Part shown: piece by piece, positions 51,618-61,510 of the stretch | Layout: each line of letters begins with the position of its first letter | Numbering within the stretch: position 1 is the first letter of the stretch | IMG/VR virus record: IMGVR_UViG_2778261375_000003 | DNA from: a virus | Lineage: Duplodnaviria; Heunggongvirae; Uroviricota; Caudoviricetes | DNA length: 64,000 bases | Strand: one strand, 5' to 3' | Notes under the pieces: generated by a model | What the model saw: the letters and a program-made list of their open reading frames with translations, nothing else | Databases searched by the model: none | What the model was told of the DNA's origin: nothing | Made by a program: the position numbers and the translations under genes

Positions 51618-52229
51618 TCAAAGAGAAAAGCTAAAGCCCAGAAGGGAAGCCAAAGAACTTGAGGATTGGTTAAACGTGCTGTGCAATGCGAAGGTCATTG
51701 GGAATGACTTAAATTCAGTAACCTGATCTCGCGCATAGGTGACATCGCCGGTAGTGACCGGGAATACCGTCATCTCATTTTCCAGTTTGGTTAAGCCGGA
51801 AGACAGCAACCGATAAATACGCACATTGAGCAAATATTTAGACGGTATATTCCCGGTACCGTCCGGATTGATCACCCGACTTTTTGCCGTCTTAAACCAG
51901 TCCAAAACGAGGCCATCAACGGTATCCCTGACCATCATTGTTATCTGCCCAGGCGAACGCTCCGTTGGTTGAAGGATATTCCCTCCGCCGATTTTAATCG
52001 TTTCATATTCGATGCTGTAATCGTGGTAGGTAATGTCTTTGGCAAAGAAGTCTGCCCCCTCCAGTCCATCAACTTCGACAGAGAACTGCCATCCTTGCGC
52101 GAACAGCATTTTGTTCATGATGATTGACGTCAGCTTACCAACTTCCCGCTCACCAACGCCGGAGCCAAATAATGTCGTCGTTAATGCCGAAGATACATAA
52201 GACTTTACTGAAGCAACATTAAGCCCCAT
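51618..52229 (-). CDS. Phage structural hypothetical protein (possible tube)
   Basis: 203 aa in minus-strand tail module. Confidence 0.35.
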   Translation of the reverse strand: MGLNVASVKSYVSSALTTTLFGSGVGEREVGKLTSIIMNKMLFAQGWQFSVEVDGLEGADFFAKDITYHDYSIEYETIKIGGGNILQPTERSPGQITMMVRDTVDGLVLDWFKTAKSRVINPDGTGNIPSKYLLNVRIYRLLSSGLTKLENEMTVFPVTTGDVTYARDQVTEFKSFPMTFALHSTFNQSSSSLASLLGFSFSL

Positions 52230-52239
52230 ATCAGCCCCC

Positions 52240-52830
<591 letters not shown>

Positions 52831-52886
52831 TTAACAGATTCTACGAGTTGTCATTTGTGACAGTATGCTCGCAATCGTAGTGATTA

Positions 52887-53426
52887 CTACCACCAACTGC
52901 TAGCTTTCTTCTCTCTAGCTTTTCCTTCGCTTTGCAGTAAATCTTTACTTCCTGTAGAAATATTTCTATTTGCATCAGCCTCAGACTGAATTACATCTGT
53001 CTTAGCTGCTCTCTCCTTCAACTCCTGCTCTATAAAATCGTTTTCTCGCTGGACACGAGCCGCTTTTGCTTGCAGTTCGAGCTTCATGCTTTCGAGTTGC
53101 AGCTTGCGAAGCTCATCCTCATAAGCTTGATCTCGCTTCTTGTCATTTGCTAGCTCGGCTTCTCGTTTCGCTCTACGTTCATTTTCTGCAGCAACACGCT
53201 GTTTTTCGCGTGCAGCAGCGGCAGATGCTGCTTTTTCTCTTCTAATACGTTCAGCTTGTGCTTGTTGGCGAATAAGTTCTTTTCTGGCATCCTCAGCTTG
53301 CTGCTCTTTAGCTCGCCCTTCATTTTCCGCTTGAGCAATAGCAGCAATTTGACTTTGCAACGAGTTAGCCAAGGCAGTGCCTACACTAAACGTAGAAAAG
53401 ATTAGAAATAAAATAATTTTATTCAT
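52887..53426 (-). CDS. Secreted coiled-coil protein (Lys/Glu/Ala/Arg-rich)
   Basis: Signal peptide MNKIILFLIFSTFSVGTALA then long charged helical region; AT-rich codon usage. Confidence 0.55.
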   Translation of the reverse strand: MNKIILFLIFSTFSVGTALANSLQSQIAAIAQAENEGRAKEQQAEDARKELIRQQAQAERIRREKAASAAAAREKQRVAAENERRAKREAELANDKKRDQAYEDELRKLQLESMKLELQAKAARVQRENDFIEQELKERAAKTDVIQSEADANRNISTGSKDLLQSEGKAREKKASSWW

Positions 53427-53429
53427 AAA

Positions 53430-53951
53430 TTATTTCTTTTCTGGACAAGTAGCATTTGGCTGAATTCGAGTTTCATTATCTTTAGTTGAAATAAGCACAG
53501 CAAGCCCCGTTGTAAACTGGCATGCTTTACCAACTTGAGTTGAAGTGAACACCTTAGTTCCTTCTTTATAAGTCAGTGAAACACCTTCAACAATTGTTTT
53601 ATCACTAACCAAAGAACCAGCCGCTGCACCAAGAGCCGCACCACCAGTACCGCCAGCTACAGCACCCAGTGTCGATGTGCCTTTAACATTATAACCGGCA
53701 ACGCCCCCAGCAACAGCTCCCAGTACCGCACCAAATGTCTGTGCCGCTTCTTTATTAGCTTTATTATCAACTTTCACTTTAGCTGGAAGCACAGAGATAA
53801 TATTGACTGTCTTTGTTTCCTGCTTCGAATTCAATTGAGCGGTATCATAAACATCGGCAGCATAATCAGCACCGCTAGATTGACACCCAGAAAGAAGAAT
53901 TGCAGATACAACAAGAGCGCATAAAGTATACTTTTTAGACATAAGAATCAT
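53430..53951 (-). CDS. Lipoprotein with glycine-zipper domain (SlyB-like)
   Basis: Lipobox LLSGC; GAVLGAVAGGVAGYNV...GAVAGGTGGAALGAAAGS; start may be 53951 or 53942. Confidence 0.6.
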   Translation of the reverse strand: MILMSKKYTLCALVVSAILLSGCQSSGADYAADVYDTAQLNSKQETKTVNIISVLPAKVKVDNKANKEAAQTFGAVLGAVAGGVAGYNVKGTSTLGAVAGGTGGAALGAAAGSLVSDKTIVEGVSLTYKEGTKVFTSTQVGKACQFTTGLAVLISTKDNETRIQPNATCPEKK

Positions 53952-54563
53952 CCCAGAAAAACAAAAACCGGCGAGAAGTTACCACGAGAACGGAAAGTAA
54001 ACAAGAATACTCCCATTGACTTATATCAATTAATCAACTTTTTATAAGCTATCCCTAACTTATTGTGTATAGCTGAAAAGTCAGAGACAAGTTCACCATC
54101 TGCATTATTTCTTAAGTTAATAGTTTATTGCTAACTTAATTTATGTATCGACTATTGATATCCATCTTAAAGTTACAATATCCCTCTGCATTATTTTTCA
54201 TCACAAATAATATATCTATTGCACTACACTCACCTGCTCTAATAAATTTGTATTTTTAAGTCACAAATGCTATCTTTTCGCATCATATTGACCTTTTAAT
54301 CGTTCAGGCTTATAGTTCCGCCGTCGTAGCAAATTCTGCGACCGGGTTTAGCAGCCTGAATGATTGTGCGGACAGCCGCAGATATCCGATATTGCGGTAT
54401 TTTTGTGTCCGTAAAACCGTGTTACGCCCAAATTATGGTGGGGCGTGATGGGGAGGCTTCGGCCTGCTGGTTTCACAATCGCCAGTCTGCTAACCCCGTC
54501 ACGTCCTGCCACCTGTTTAGCAGCGGGTAGCAGGTTGTTAAACCTGATTGTGAGGCCGTAACT

Positions 54564-54785
54564 ATGGTTAATGCCAATCCTTGCGCACGCCAAGAATTCA
54601 TCTGGCGTTTCTATTCCTGTAAAAAACACCACTATCACTTCGTCATCGCAGCAACAGAAGACGAAGCACGCTCTCAATTGCCTGATGGCCCCTGCATTTT
54701 TACTGCCCGTTTTTCAACTAACTCGCGCAATTCACTTAGTTACTGGAACCTCCCCTTCTCTGCCGACGTTCAGGGGGATTTATGA
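54564..54785 (+). CDS. Icd-like small protein (putative cell division inhibitor family)
   Basis: 73 aa; EFIWRFYS...HFVIAATEDEARSQL...TARF fits remembered Icd-like pattern; gagg RBS; ATGA-coupled to antirepressor. Confidence 0.4.
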   Translation: MVNANPCARQEFIWRFYSCKKHHYHFVIAATEDEARSQLPDGPCIFTARFSTNSRNSLSYWNLPFSADVQGDL

Positions 54786-55825
54786 AAAAACCTCTCGTCA
54801 CCCGTAATGAAATAGCCGAAGCGATCGCCCTGCATACAACCTGTATGCCGACACGGGAGATCCCCGGCGCAATTGCCAACTATTTCATGATAACCAGACG
54901 TTTTTATACCCGAACAGATAAGGCTGTGATCAACAAGCTACTGATAGCCGAGATCAGGGATTATTTGATTGAACAAGGACGTCTACGTTACGCAACAGTG
55001 GCAGCAGAAATGAGAAAGGAGGCGCGCAGAATGACCGGTAATAATTTGAATGTTGAAAAACCAGCACCTGTTGCTTCAGCTACGCCATCACCAGCTGTGA
55101 ATGTTATCTCCAACACTGGAGACACAATCGACAGCCAGACACTGTTAAAGATGGTCAATGAAGCTCGTAAGTTATGTGGGGAACCAGAGGTTCGGAACAA
55201 CAAATTCATCGAAAAAATACTCGACGAATTAGAAGGTGAGGACGGTTACACAAAAAGTGCAACCGTGCCGCCAGGTGGCGGTACGCCTATGGTTGTCATA
55301 ACCATGACCTACAAACAAGCCCTGCGAGTCGCCGCACGCGAATCAAAAGCCGTCCGCCGTTCGCTGATCGACAAACTGGAAGAATTGCAGCAGGCAAACT
55401 CCCCTGCCCCATCGATCCCCCAAACATTACCAGAAGCTCTACGCCTGGCTGCCGAGTTGGCAGAACAGAAAATGCAGCTGGAACAACAGCTGGTGGCCGC
55501 CGCTCCTAAAGTCGATTTTGCCGACCGGGTATCAGTGGCTAATGGAATCCTGATCGGGAACTTTGCAAAGGTCGTTGGACTTAAGCAAAACGCCCTTTTC
55601 TCATGGTTGCGCCAGAACGGCATTCTCATGGCTTTTGGTGCGCGCAAAAACGTACCGCGCCAACAGTACATCAACGCCGGGTATTTCACGGTGAAAGAAG
55701 TGGTGCTGGATGATGAAAATGGCTACCAGATACGGCTGACGCCCCAATTAACGGGTAAAGGCCAGCAGTGGTTAACTCGCAAGCTACTTGATGCTGGTTT
55801 GTTAAAACCAGTAGCAATAGGTTAA
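54782..55825 (+). CDS. Phage antirepressor with KilA-C/ANT C-terminal domain
   Basis: C-terminal 130 aa (LPEALRLAAELAEQK...GYFTVKEVV...TGKGQQWL) match the ANT/KilA-C pattern and are paralogous to next gene. Confidence 0.7.
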   Translation: MKKPLVTRNEIAEAIALHTTCMPTREIPGAIANYFMITRRFYTRTDKAVINKLLIAEIRDYLIEQGRLRYATVAAEMRKEARRMTGNNLNVEKPAPVASATPSPAVNVISNTGDTIDSQTLLKMVNEARKLCGEPEVRNNKFIEKILDELEGEDGYTKSATVPPGGGTPMVVITMTYKQALRVAARESKAVRRSLIDKLEELQQANSPAPSIPQTLPEALRLAAELAEQKMQLEQQLVAAAPKVDFADRVSVANGILIGNFAKVVGLKQNALFSWLRQNGILMAFGARKNVPRQQYINAGYFTVKEVVLDDENGYQIRLTPQLTGKGQQWLTRKLLDAGLLKPVAIG

Positions 55826-55837
55826 CAAAAGAAAAAA

Positions 55838-55863
55838 ACCTGCCAGCAAACTGGCAGGTTTCT
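55838..55863 (+). terminator. Hairpin terminator after first antirepressor
   Basis: acctgccagcaaactggcaggt hairpin followed by ttct; weak U-tract. Confidence 0.45.
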
Positions 55864-55989
55864 GAGCAGATCGACCAACCCGATCTGGATCGAGTTAGAA
55901 AAATTTGCTCTAATAAATTTCGTTTTCTAAGTGCAAAGAATCACCATTTCGAGCTGGTGATTGAAGGTTGATGCAAATTTGGAGAAAAA

Positions 55990-56790
55990 ATGCAACAAAC
56001 ATTCAATGCGGATATGAATATATCAAACCTTCATCAAAATGTCGATCCTTCAACCACTCTGCCTGTTATTTGTGGTGTTGAAATTACGACCGACCGCGCT
56101 GGCCGTTACAACCTTAATGCTCTACACAGAGCGAGCGGACTCGGTGCCCATAAAGCGCCAGCTCAATGGCTAAGAACGCTGTCAGCCAAACAGCTCATCG
56201 AAGAGCTTGAAAAAGAAACTATGCAGAATTGCATAGTTTCGTTCGAAGGCCGTGGCGGCGGCACTTTTGCCCATGAATTGCTCGCTGTGGAGTACGCAGG
56301 CTGGATTTCTCCCGCATTTCGGCTGAAGGTAAACCAGACATTTATCGACTATCGAGCCGGAAGATTACAACCAGCTATTCCGCAGAGTCTCCCTGAAGCT
56401 CTCCGTTTGGCTGCCGACCTGGCAGAGCAAAAGCAACGGCTGGAGCAAAAAATGCTTATGGATGCACCTAAAGTCGAATTCGCCGAACGCGTTGCTACCG
56501 CTAGCGGGGTTCTAATCGGCAACTATGCCAAAGTGCTCGGCCTGGGCCAAAACTATCTCTTCACCTGGTTGCGTGATAACGGAATTCTGATCGCAACCGG
56601 TGAACGCAGGAACGTCCCCAAACAAGAATACATATCTCGTGGGTATTTCACCCTTAAAGAAACCGTGATCGATACAAGCAATGGAAGCAGGATTTCTTTC
56701 ACGACTCGTATAACCGGCAAAGGTCAGCAGTGGCTGATGAAGCGATTGCTTGATGCTGGTGTGCTGGTACCTGTCGCGGCAACGCGCTAA
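55990..56790 (+). CDS. Phage antirepressor, KilA-N plus KilA-C domains
   Basis: N-terminal KilA-N-like region (...NLNALHRASG...AQWLR...FEGRGGGTFAHELLAVEYAGWISP...); C-terminal ANT domain paralogous to previous gene; ggagaaaaa RBS. Confidence 0.75.
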   Translation: MQQTFNADMNISNLHQNVDPSTTLPVICGVEITTDRAGRYNLNALHRASGLGAHKAPAQWLRTLSAKQLIEELEKETMQNCIVSFEGRGGGTFAHELLAVEYAGWISPAFRLKVNQTFIDYRAGRLQPAIPQSLPEALRLAADLAEQKQRLEQKMLMDAPKVEFAERVATASGVLIGNYAKVLGLGQNYLFTWLRDNGILIATGERRNVPKQEYISRGYFTLKETVIDTSNGSRISFTTRITGKGQQWLMKRLLDAGVLVPVAATR

Positions 56791-56819
56791 CAGACGTAGT
56801 AAGAACCACCAGCATTGTA

Positions 56820-57665
56820 ATGCTGGCTAAAGTCACTTTCCTGAGCTGTATAACGATGAGCGATTTTACTTTTTCTGGCTATGAATTGGCCTGCTTTGTA
56901 ACACACTCCGGTCTATCCCGTAGCGCCGGGCATATCCTGTCGCAATGTGCAAATCTCGCGGCAACAACCAGTGAATACTTCATTCACAAGCCTCACCGCC
57001 TGATCGCGGCAGAAACTGGTTATAGCCAATCAACCGTCGTTCGTGCATTCCGTGAAGCTGTAAACAAAGGAATTCTGTCTGTAGAGATTGTTATCGGCGA
57101 TCACCGTGAACGTCGCGCTAACCTGTACCGGTTTACACCATCCTTTTTGGCCTTCGCACAACAAGCCAAAAATGCGCTGATAGAAAGCAAATTAAAGATC
57201 TCTTCAGCGGCAACCAAGGTTAAAGCTGTTCTCGCTAAGACATTGGCTTTATTTAATTTTTTATCCACACCCCCATGTCAAAATGATACCCCCTCCCCCT
57301 GTCAGGATGACGTGGCAATAAAGAATAAGAAGTCACAAGTTAAAAAAACAAAAAGATCAGTTTCCGGCGGTGCCGGAACGACCAGCCTCAAAAAATTGAC
57401 TTCATGGATCGCTAAGGCAAAAGCAAAGGCTGACAATCTGCGGTTATCCAAAAAACGCACTCAAAAACATGAGTTCAAGCAGAAAGTAGAGGCGGCTGCG
57501 CGGAAATATGCTTACCTGAAGAACAAGCGTTCGCCTGATATTGGCGGGATATCAAACTTCGATAACCTACCGCATTGCATGACGGTAAACGAAGCTCTTA
57601 ATGCGGTTTTAGCCAAAAATAAAGATAACGAACAATGGGGTATACCGGCAGGATTCAGAGGGTAA
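56820..57665 (+). CDS. Winged-HTH DNA-binding protein (possible replication/regulatory)
   Basis: HTH-like GYSQSTVVRAFREAVNKGIL; basic low-complexity middle; C-terminus ...WGIPAGFRG echoes YdaU C-terminus; start may be 56856. Confidence 0.45.
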   Translation: MLAKVTFLSCITMSDFTFSGYELACFVTHSGLSRSAGHILSQCANLAATTSEYFIHKPHRLIAAETGYSQSTVVRAFREAVNKGILSVEIVIGDHRERRANLYRFTPSFLAFAQQAKNALIESKLKISSAATKVKAVLAKTLALFNFLSTPPCQNDTPSPCQDDVAIKNKKSQVKKTKRSVSGGAGTTSLKKLTSWIAKAKAKADNLRLSKKRTQKHEFKQKVEAAARKYAYLKNKRSPDIGGISNFDNLPHCMTVNEALNAVLAKNKDNEQWGIPAGFRG

Positions 57666-57833
57666 TGAATTGCTCTAATTATAACCATGCATACTTTCAA
57701 CACCTCTAGTTTGCCATGAGGCAAACTCATAGGTGTCCTGGTAAGAGGACACTGTTGCCAAAACTGGACGCCCCATTATTGCAATTAATAAACAACTAAC
57801 GGACAATTCTACCTAACAATAAGTGGAGTTAAC

Positions 57834-58538
57834 ATGTTGAACCGAAGAACATTTAATGTATTCTGCGATGAATCCTGTCACCTACTAAATGATCATAATA
57901 AAGTCATGGTATTGGGTGCGCTTTGGTGTCCCGGCACTATCACAAAAAAAATTGCTAGAGACATCAAGGAATTAAAATTAAAACACAATCTAAAACCTGA
58001 TTTCGAAATCAAGTGGACTAAAGTATCTGCGTCCAAAGTTGAATTTTACTTAGATGTCGTAGATTACTTCTTCAGCAACCCTGCATTGCGCTTTAGAGGT
58101 GTTGTTGTTCCTGATAAAGAGCAACTGGACCATGCTCGATTCCATCAAGATCATAATACTTTCTATTATAAGATGTTTTTTTATGTCTTAAAAAACATAA
58201 TAGAAAGTAACAACACATACAATATCTACCTAGATATAAAAGATACTTTAGGTATTGAAAAAATTGAGAAATTAAGAGGGGTTCTTCACAATGATCGCTA
58301 TGATTACAATCATGAGTCGATAAACAGAATTCAACATATACGATCTCATGAAGTGCAGCAATTGCAGCTAACGGATCTTTTCATTGGCGCGTTAGGCTAC
58401 GTTCATCGAGGAATGAATAGCAACGCGGGAAAAATCCAAGTCATAAACAGAATAAAATCACATACAAACAGGGAGTTACTAAAAAGTACTCTTCCAACAG
58501 AAAGTAAATTTAATATTTTCGTGTGGGAGGCTCGCTGA
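57834..58538 (+). CDS. DUF3800-family protein, gene 1 of AT-rich two-gene cassette
   Basis: N-terminal FCDES motif typical of DUF3800; gtggag RBS; AT-rich codon usage; stop overlaps next start (ATGA). Confidence 0.6.
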   Translation: MLNRRTFNVFCDESCHLLNDHNKVMVLGALWCPGTITKKIARDIKELKLKHNLKPDFEIKWTKVSASKVEFYLDVVDYFFSNPALRFRGVVVPDKEQLDHARFHQDHNTFYYKMFFYVLKNIIESNNTYNIYLDIKDTLGIEKIEKLRGVLHNDRYDYNHESINRIQHIRSHEVQQLQLTDLFIGALGYVHRGMNSNAGKIQVINRIKSHTNRELLKSTLPTESKFNIFVWEAR

Positions 58539-59002
58539 TGCTTCAAATGCCAGATTTATTGTACTTCAATGGAAGTTGGCAAGAGTATATAGACGATGTA
58601 TATGATGTTGTTAGAGAAGATATTTTAATATCTAATATAACGTTTAAGGGTCTCCCTGTTCGATTACGTTATTCACCGGAATATAATGGGAAAGAATTCG
58701 GATTTTGGCATTTAGTATCAGAGGGAAAAATAGAAGAAGAACGTATACCCGATCTTGAACGGTGCAAGCGAATTCGCTGGATCGCGCACATGATAAGGAA
58801 TTATAACCATTGCGATATATCATGTTGGTCTGAAAGACGAGGACCAACTGAAGAGTGGGTAATCTGGAATGAGTGTGAAAACTACGTTGTTGTGCTATCC
58901 GCACGTAGAGACTATTGGCTTCTCAAAACAGCCTATGTTGTAACCTATGACAGTAAAATCAGAACACTCAAACAAAGCAGAAAAAGAGCACTTGGGACAT
59001 AA
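58538..59002 (+). CDS. Hypothetical protein with H/C cluster, gene 2 of cassette
   Basis: 154 aa from MLQMPDLLYF; gggagg RBS inside upstream gene; HMIRNYNHCDISCW cluster; no family recognised. Confidence 0.5.
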   Translation: MLQMPDLLYFNGSWQEYIDDVYDVVREDILISNITFKGLPVRLRYSPEYNGKEFGFWHLVSEGKIEEERIPDLERCKRIRWIAHMIRNYNHCDISCWSERRGPTEEWVIWNECENYVVVLSARRDYWLLKTAYVVTYDSKIRTLKQSRKRALGT

Positions 59003-59167
59003 AAAGCTGAACCCGACACATATTGCTATGTATCGGGTTCGATCGCTCTTTCTACACATGGTAGATGAGTAATGCAAATCTAACCGATCTACTTTAGCTT
59101 TTCAATAGCTAGCTATAACTTTCCGCACATATTCTTCTGATAATTCCGGGAGAGCGGTTGGGTTTTT

Positions 59168-59464
59168 TCATGCTTTTCTGCGCAGAGAAGCACACTTATT
59201 CAGCAATAATAAGTGCAATTCTTTGTTATCACTAAGTATTTCTACACACCAATATCGTAACGTGTTCACTTCAAGTGTAGCCAGCACCTTATGTCGAAAA
59301 GCCCCCTCCCCTACACATAACGATGGCTGACATTCTGCTAAGGCACATAACCATGTATTGGCATCATAGAGAATCCAATAATGCTCCTCGGAAATAGTTT
59401 TGCATCCAATTATTTCGAATCTTCGTTCTATCGTTTCAGGAGAGTATGAAAAATCAATTTCCAT
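59168..59464 (-). CDS. Hypothetical small protein (AT-rich island)
   Basis: 98-aa ORF convergent with DUF3800 cassette; several Cys. Confidence 0.4.
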   Translation of the reverse strand: MEIDFSYSPETIERRFEIIGCKTISEEHYWILYDANTWLCALAECQPSLCVGEGAFRHKVLATLEVNTLRYWCVEILSDNKELHLLLLNKCASLRRKA

Positions 59465-59504
59465 AATATGCTCAAAATTTCGCTATATTGACATGATTTA
59501 AGCA

Positions 59505-59530
59505 CAAAAAAGCTCCCGAAGGAGCTTTAA
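59505..59530 (-). terminator. Bidirectional terminator at end of minus-strand structural block
   Basis: aaaaaagctcccgaaggagcttt; on minus strand the hairpin is followed by tttttt; lies 20 nt after the stop at 59548. Confidence 0.7.
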
Positions 59531-59547
59531 AATACAAGGGATGACTC

Positions 59548-60057
59548 TTAATCCCACTCAATCCAGTTGTAGACGATACGAAGTGACGGGCGCACAGCGG
59601 CAGTCACATCTTCGGTACTAAAGTCGATTGCATCACTGTAGATTTTGCAGTCCAACATTTCAATTGTTGTAGCAGCTTTTGTCACAGCGTTAACCCCGGA
59701 AGATTTGGATTCAGGGGTCGCAGCCATCGTGATATCAACATAGTCCTTCGCCGCAATGCGATCTTTAATGAACTGAAGAATATCGCCTTCGATAGTCTCC
59801 ACGCACTGGACCTGGATTTCCCCAGAGTTTCGAATTGGACCGTGCTGGTTGAACTTCACACCATTCGGACCATAGTCCTCCACATCCTCGCGGGTCATTT
59901 CAGGAATTTGCGACGTGCGAACCAGTACGCTGATATCTTCATGGCCTGCAAAAGTGAGCTGGAATTCAGAAGATACCAGTCGTTCGCCTTTGGCCGCGTT
60001 GGCAGTATAGCGGCCCTTAATAAATTTACGGTTTCCCTTAGTGTTATTGTGCCCCAT
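59548..60057 (-). CDS. Phage structural protein (possible tail tube)
   Basis: 169 aa at the 3' end of a minus-strand structural operon. Confidence 0.35.
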   Translation of the reverse strand: MGHNNTKGNRKFIKGRYTANAAKGERLVSSEFQLTFAGHEDISVLVRTSQIPEMTREDVEDYGPNGVKFNQHGPIRNSGEIQVQCVETIEGDILQFIKDRIAAKDYVDITMAATPESKSSGVNAVTKAATTIEMLDCKIYSDAIDFSTEDVTAAVRPSLRIVYNWIEWD

Positions 60058-60068
60058 ATAAAATCCTT

Positions 60069-60650
60069 TTACTGGAACGCCCGAACAATATCGGAGCTGT
60101 TATATATCGAAGAACCGGTCAACTGGAGGTTGACGGTGTTTTTCAGGAAATGCCCATTGCTGTCCCTGGGCGCATCGAGATCGAAACTTATGTCCTGGAT
60201 AGCGACATCAATGATGTTGATCCGGCGACCAATGTTTAGCGTCACACGCTCCGGGATTCGACCACCAATGCTGGCATCTTTAAGTTCCGGGCTAATCATC
60301 GCTGACAATGCGGCGATAGCTCCTGAAACCTCAGTGAATGGGTCAAACAAAGCGATGAAAGTTACTGGCAGCGTGAAAGTCGGCGGTGTTCCCCCCTCCC
60401 AAACCATTAAGCTGTTCCAACGGGCCACCGACGTTGTTTCAGTACCAACCTGCGCAAAACCACTGAAAGCACCAGCAACAGACCCCATGGACATACCGGT
60501 AAACGGCGCTTCCCAATTCTGGGCCATGTTCATTGCTGCCCCCTGGCTGATATATCCGGTAACCTGGTACTGAGAGTTCGTTAAAGTAACTTTCAGAAAT
60601 GGCGATACACCGTCAGCCTGGCTGTAAACCCCATAAGGTATAGGTGCCAT
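60069..60650 (-). CDS. Phage structural hypothetical protein
   Basis: 193 aa, Gly/Ser/Ala-rich. Confidence 0.35.
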   Translation of the reverse strand: MAPIPYGVYSQADGVSPFLKVTLTNSQYQVTGYISQGAAMNMAQNWEAPFTGMSMGSVAGAFSGFAQVGTETTSVARWNSLMVWEGGTPPTFTLPVTFIALFDPFTEVSGAIAALSAMISPELKDASIGGRIPERVTLNIGRRINIIDVAIQDISFDLDAPRDSNGHFLKNTVNLQLTGSSIYNSSDIVRAFQ

Positions 60651-60685
60651 TCAAGTTAAAGGCCGGAGTTCTCCGGCCTCCTCCT

Positions 60686-61501
60686 TTAGCCAAGGCGCTT
60701 ACGGCGCAGTTTCATTGACTTTTTGCGGGCAAGTTTTGCCGCGCCGGTCTGGGCTTTTCGACGCGCTTTTTTCAGCGCCGATTTTTGAGCCGCAGTCAGA
60801 CGTTTTTTACGCAGGCGTTTACGGATGAGTTTGATCTCACCGTTACGAACAACCTTCTTAAATGCTTCAGTCAGCATTTCATCAGAAGTGCCAGCAACAA
60901 CAAACGCCGCTTCCAGTTCGTCGCGGTCGTCGCTATCTAAACCAGCGATAGAGGCACCAACATCAGCAGCTGCGTCGTCGTCTTCATCGTCAGCCAGTGC
61001 TTCGATCAGGTCATCATCTACACCGCATGCTGCGAGGAAGTCAGCAACATTTGCCCATGCTTCGTTATAGGCATCGTCCTGTTCTTCTGTAACTTCGGAG
61101 TCGTCGTCATCAGAGATACCAGCGATAGCCTGAACGAAACCATCAAGGGAGTCGAAAGTCAGATCACCGCTATCAGCCCAGGAGAAAACGGCGTCGGCCG
61201 CATCACTCAACGCATTCTGCATAGCACTTCGATTTGCAGCTTCCAGAATCATCTGGTGCGCCTGTTCGACGGTCCATTCTTTACCGTCTTTCCCTTCCAG
61301 GATTTGCTCTGGAGCCGGGGCAGATGGAACGTTATCGTTAGTCTGTGCCGCCGGTTCCGGATTATTATTAATAACCGGATCTGTTGGCGGTTCGGCGCTT
61401 GCTCGGGCAGACTCCATCAGCTGCACAGGATCAGAGTTCAAAGCGAAACGGGACAGTCCATTCCCCAAAAATGCCCCGGATTGAAAAAAGTTTTTGCTCA
61501 T
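60686..61501 (-). CDS. Acidic protein with highly basic C-terminal tail
   Basis: 271 aa; Asp/Glu-rich body then about 50-aa Lys/Arg-rich tail. Confidence 0.4.
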   Translation of the reverse strand: MSKNFFQSGAFLGNGLSRFALNSDPVQLMESARASAEPPTDPVINNNPEPAAQTNDNVPSAPAPEQILEGKDGKEWTVEQAHQMILEAANRSAMQNALSDAADAVFSWADSGDLTFDSLDGFVQAIAGISDDDDSEVTEEQDDAYNEAWANVADFLAACGVDDDLIEALADDEDDDAAADVGASIAGLDSDDRDELEAAFVVAGTSDEMLTEAFKKVVRNGEIKLIRKRLRKKRLTAAQKSALKKARRKAQTGAAKLARKKSMKLRRKRLG

Positions 61502-61510
61502 TGTATTCCC

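Noticed and set aside
54348-54677. 109-aa minus-strand ORF
   Set aside because: Overlaps the better-supported plus-strand Icd-like gene and its promoter region; Cys-rich low-complexity start and no RBS.
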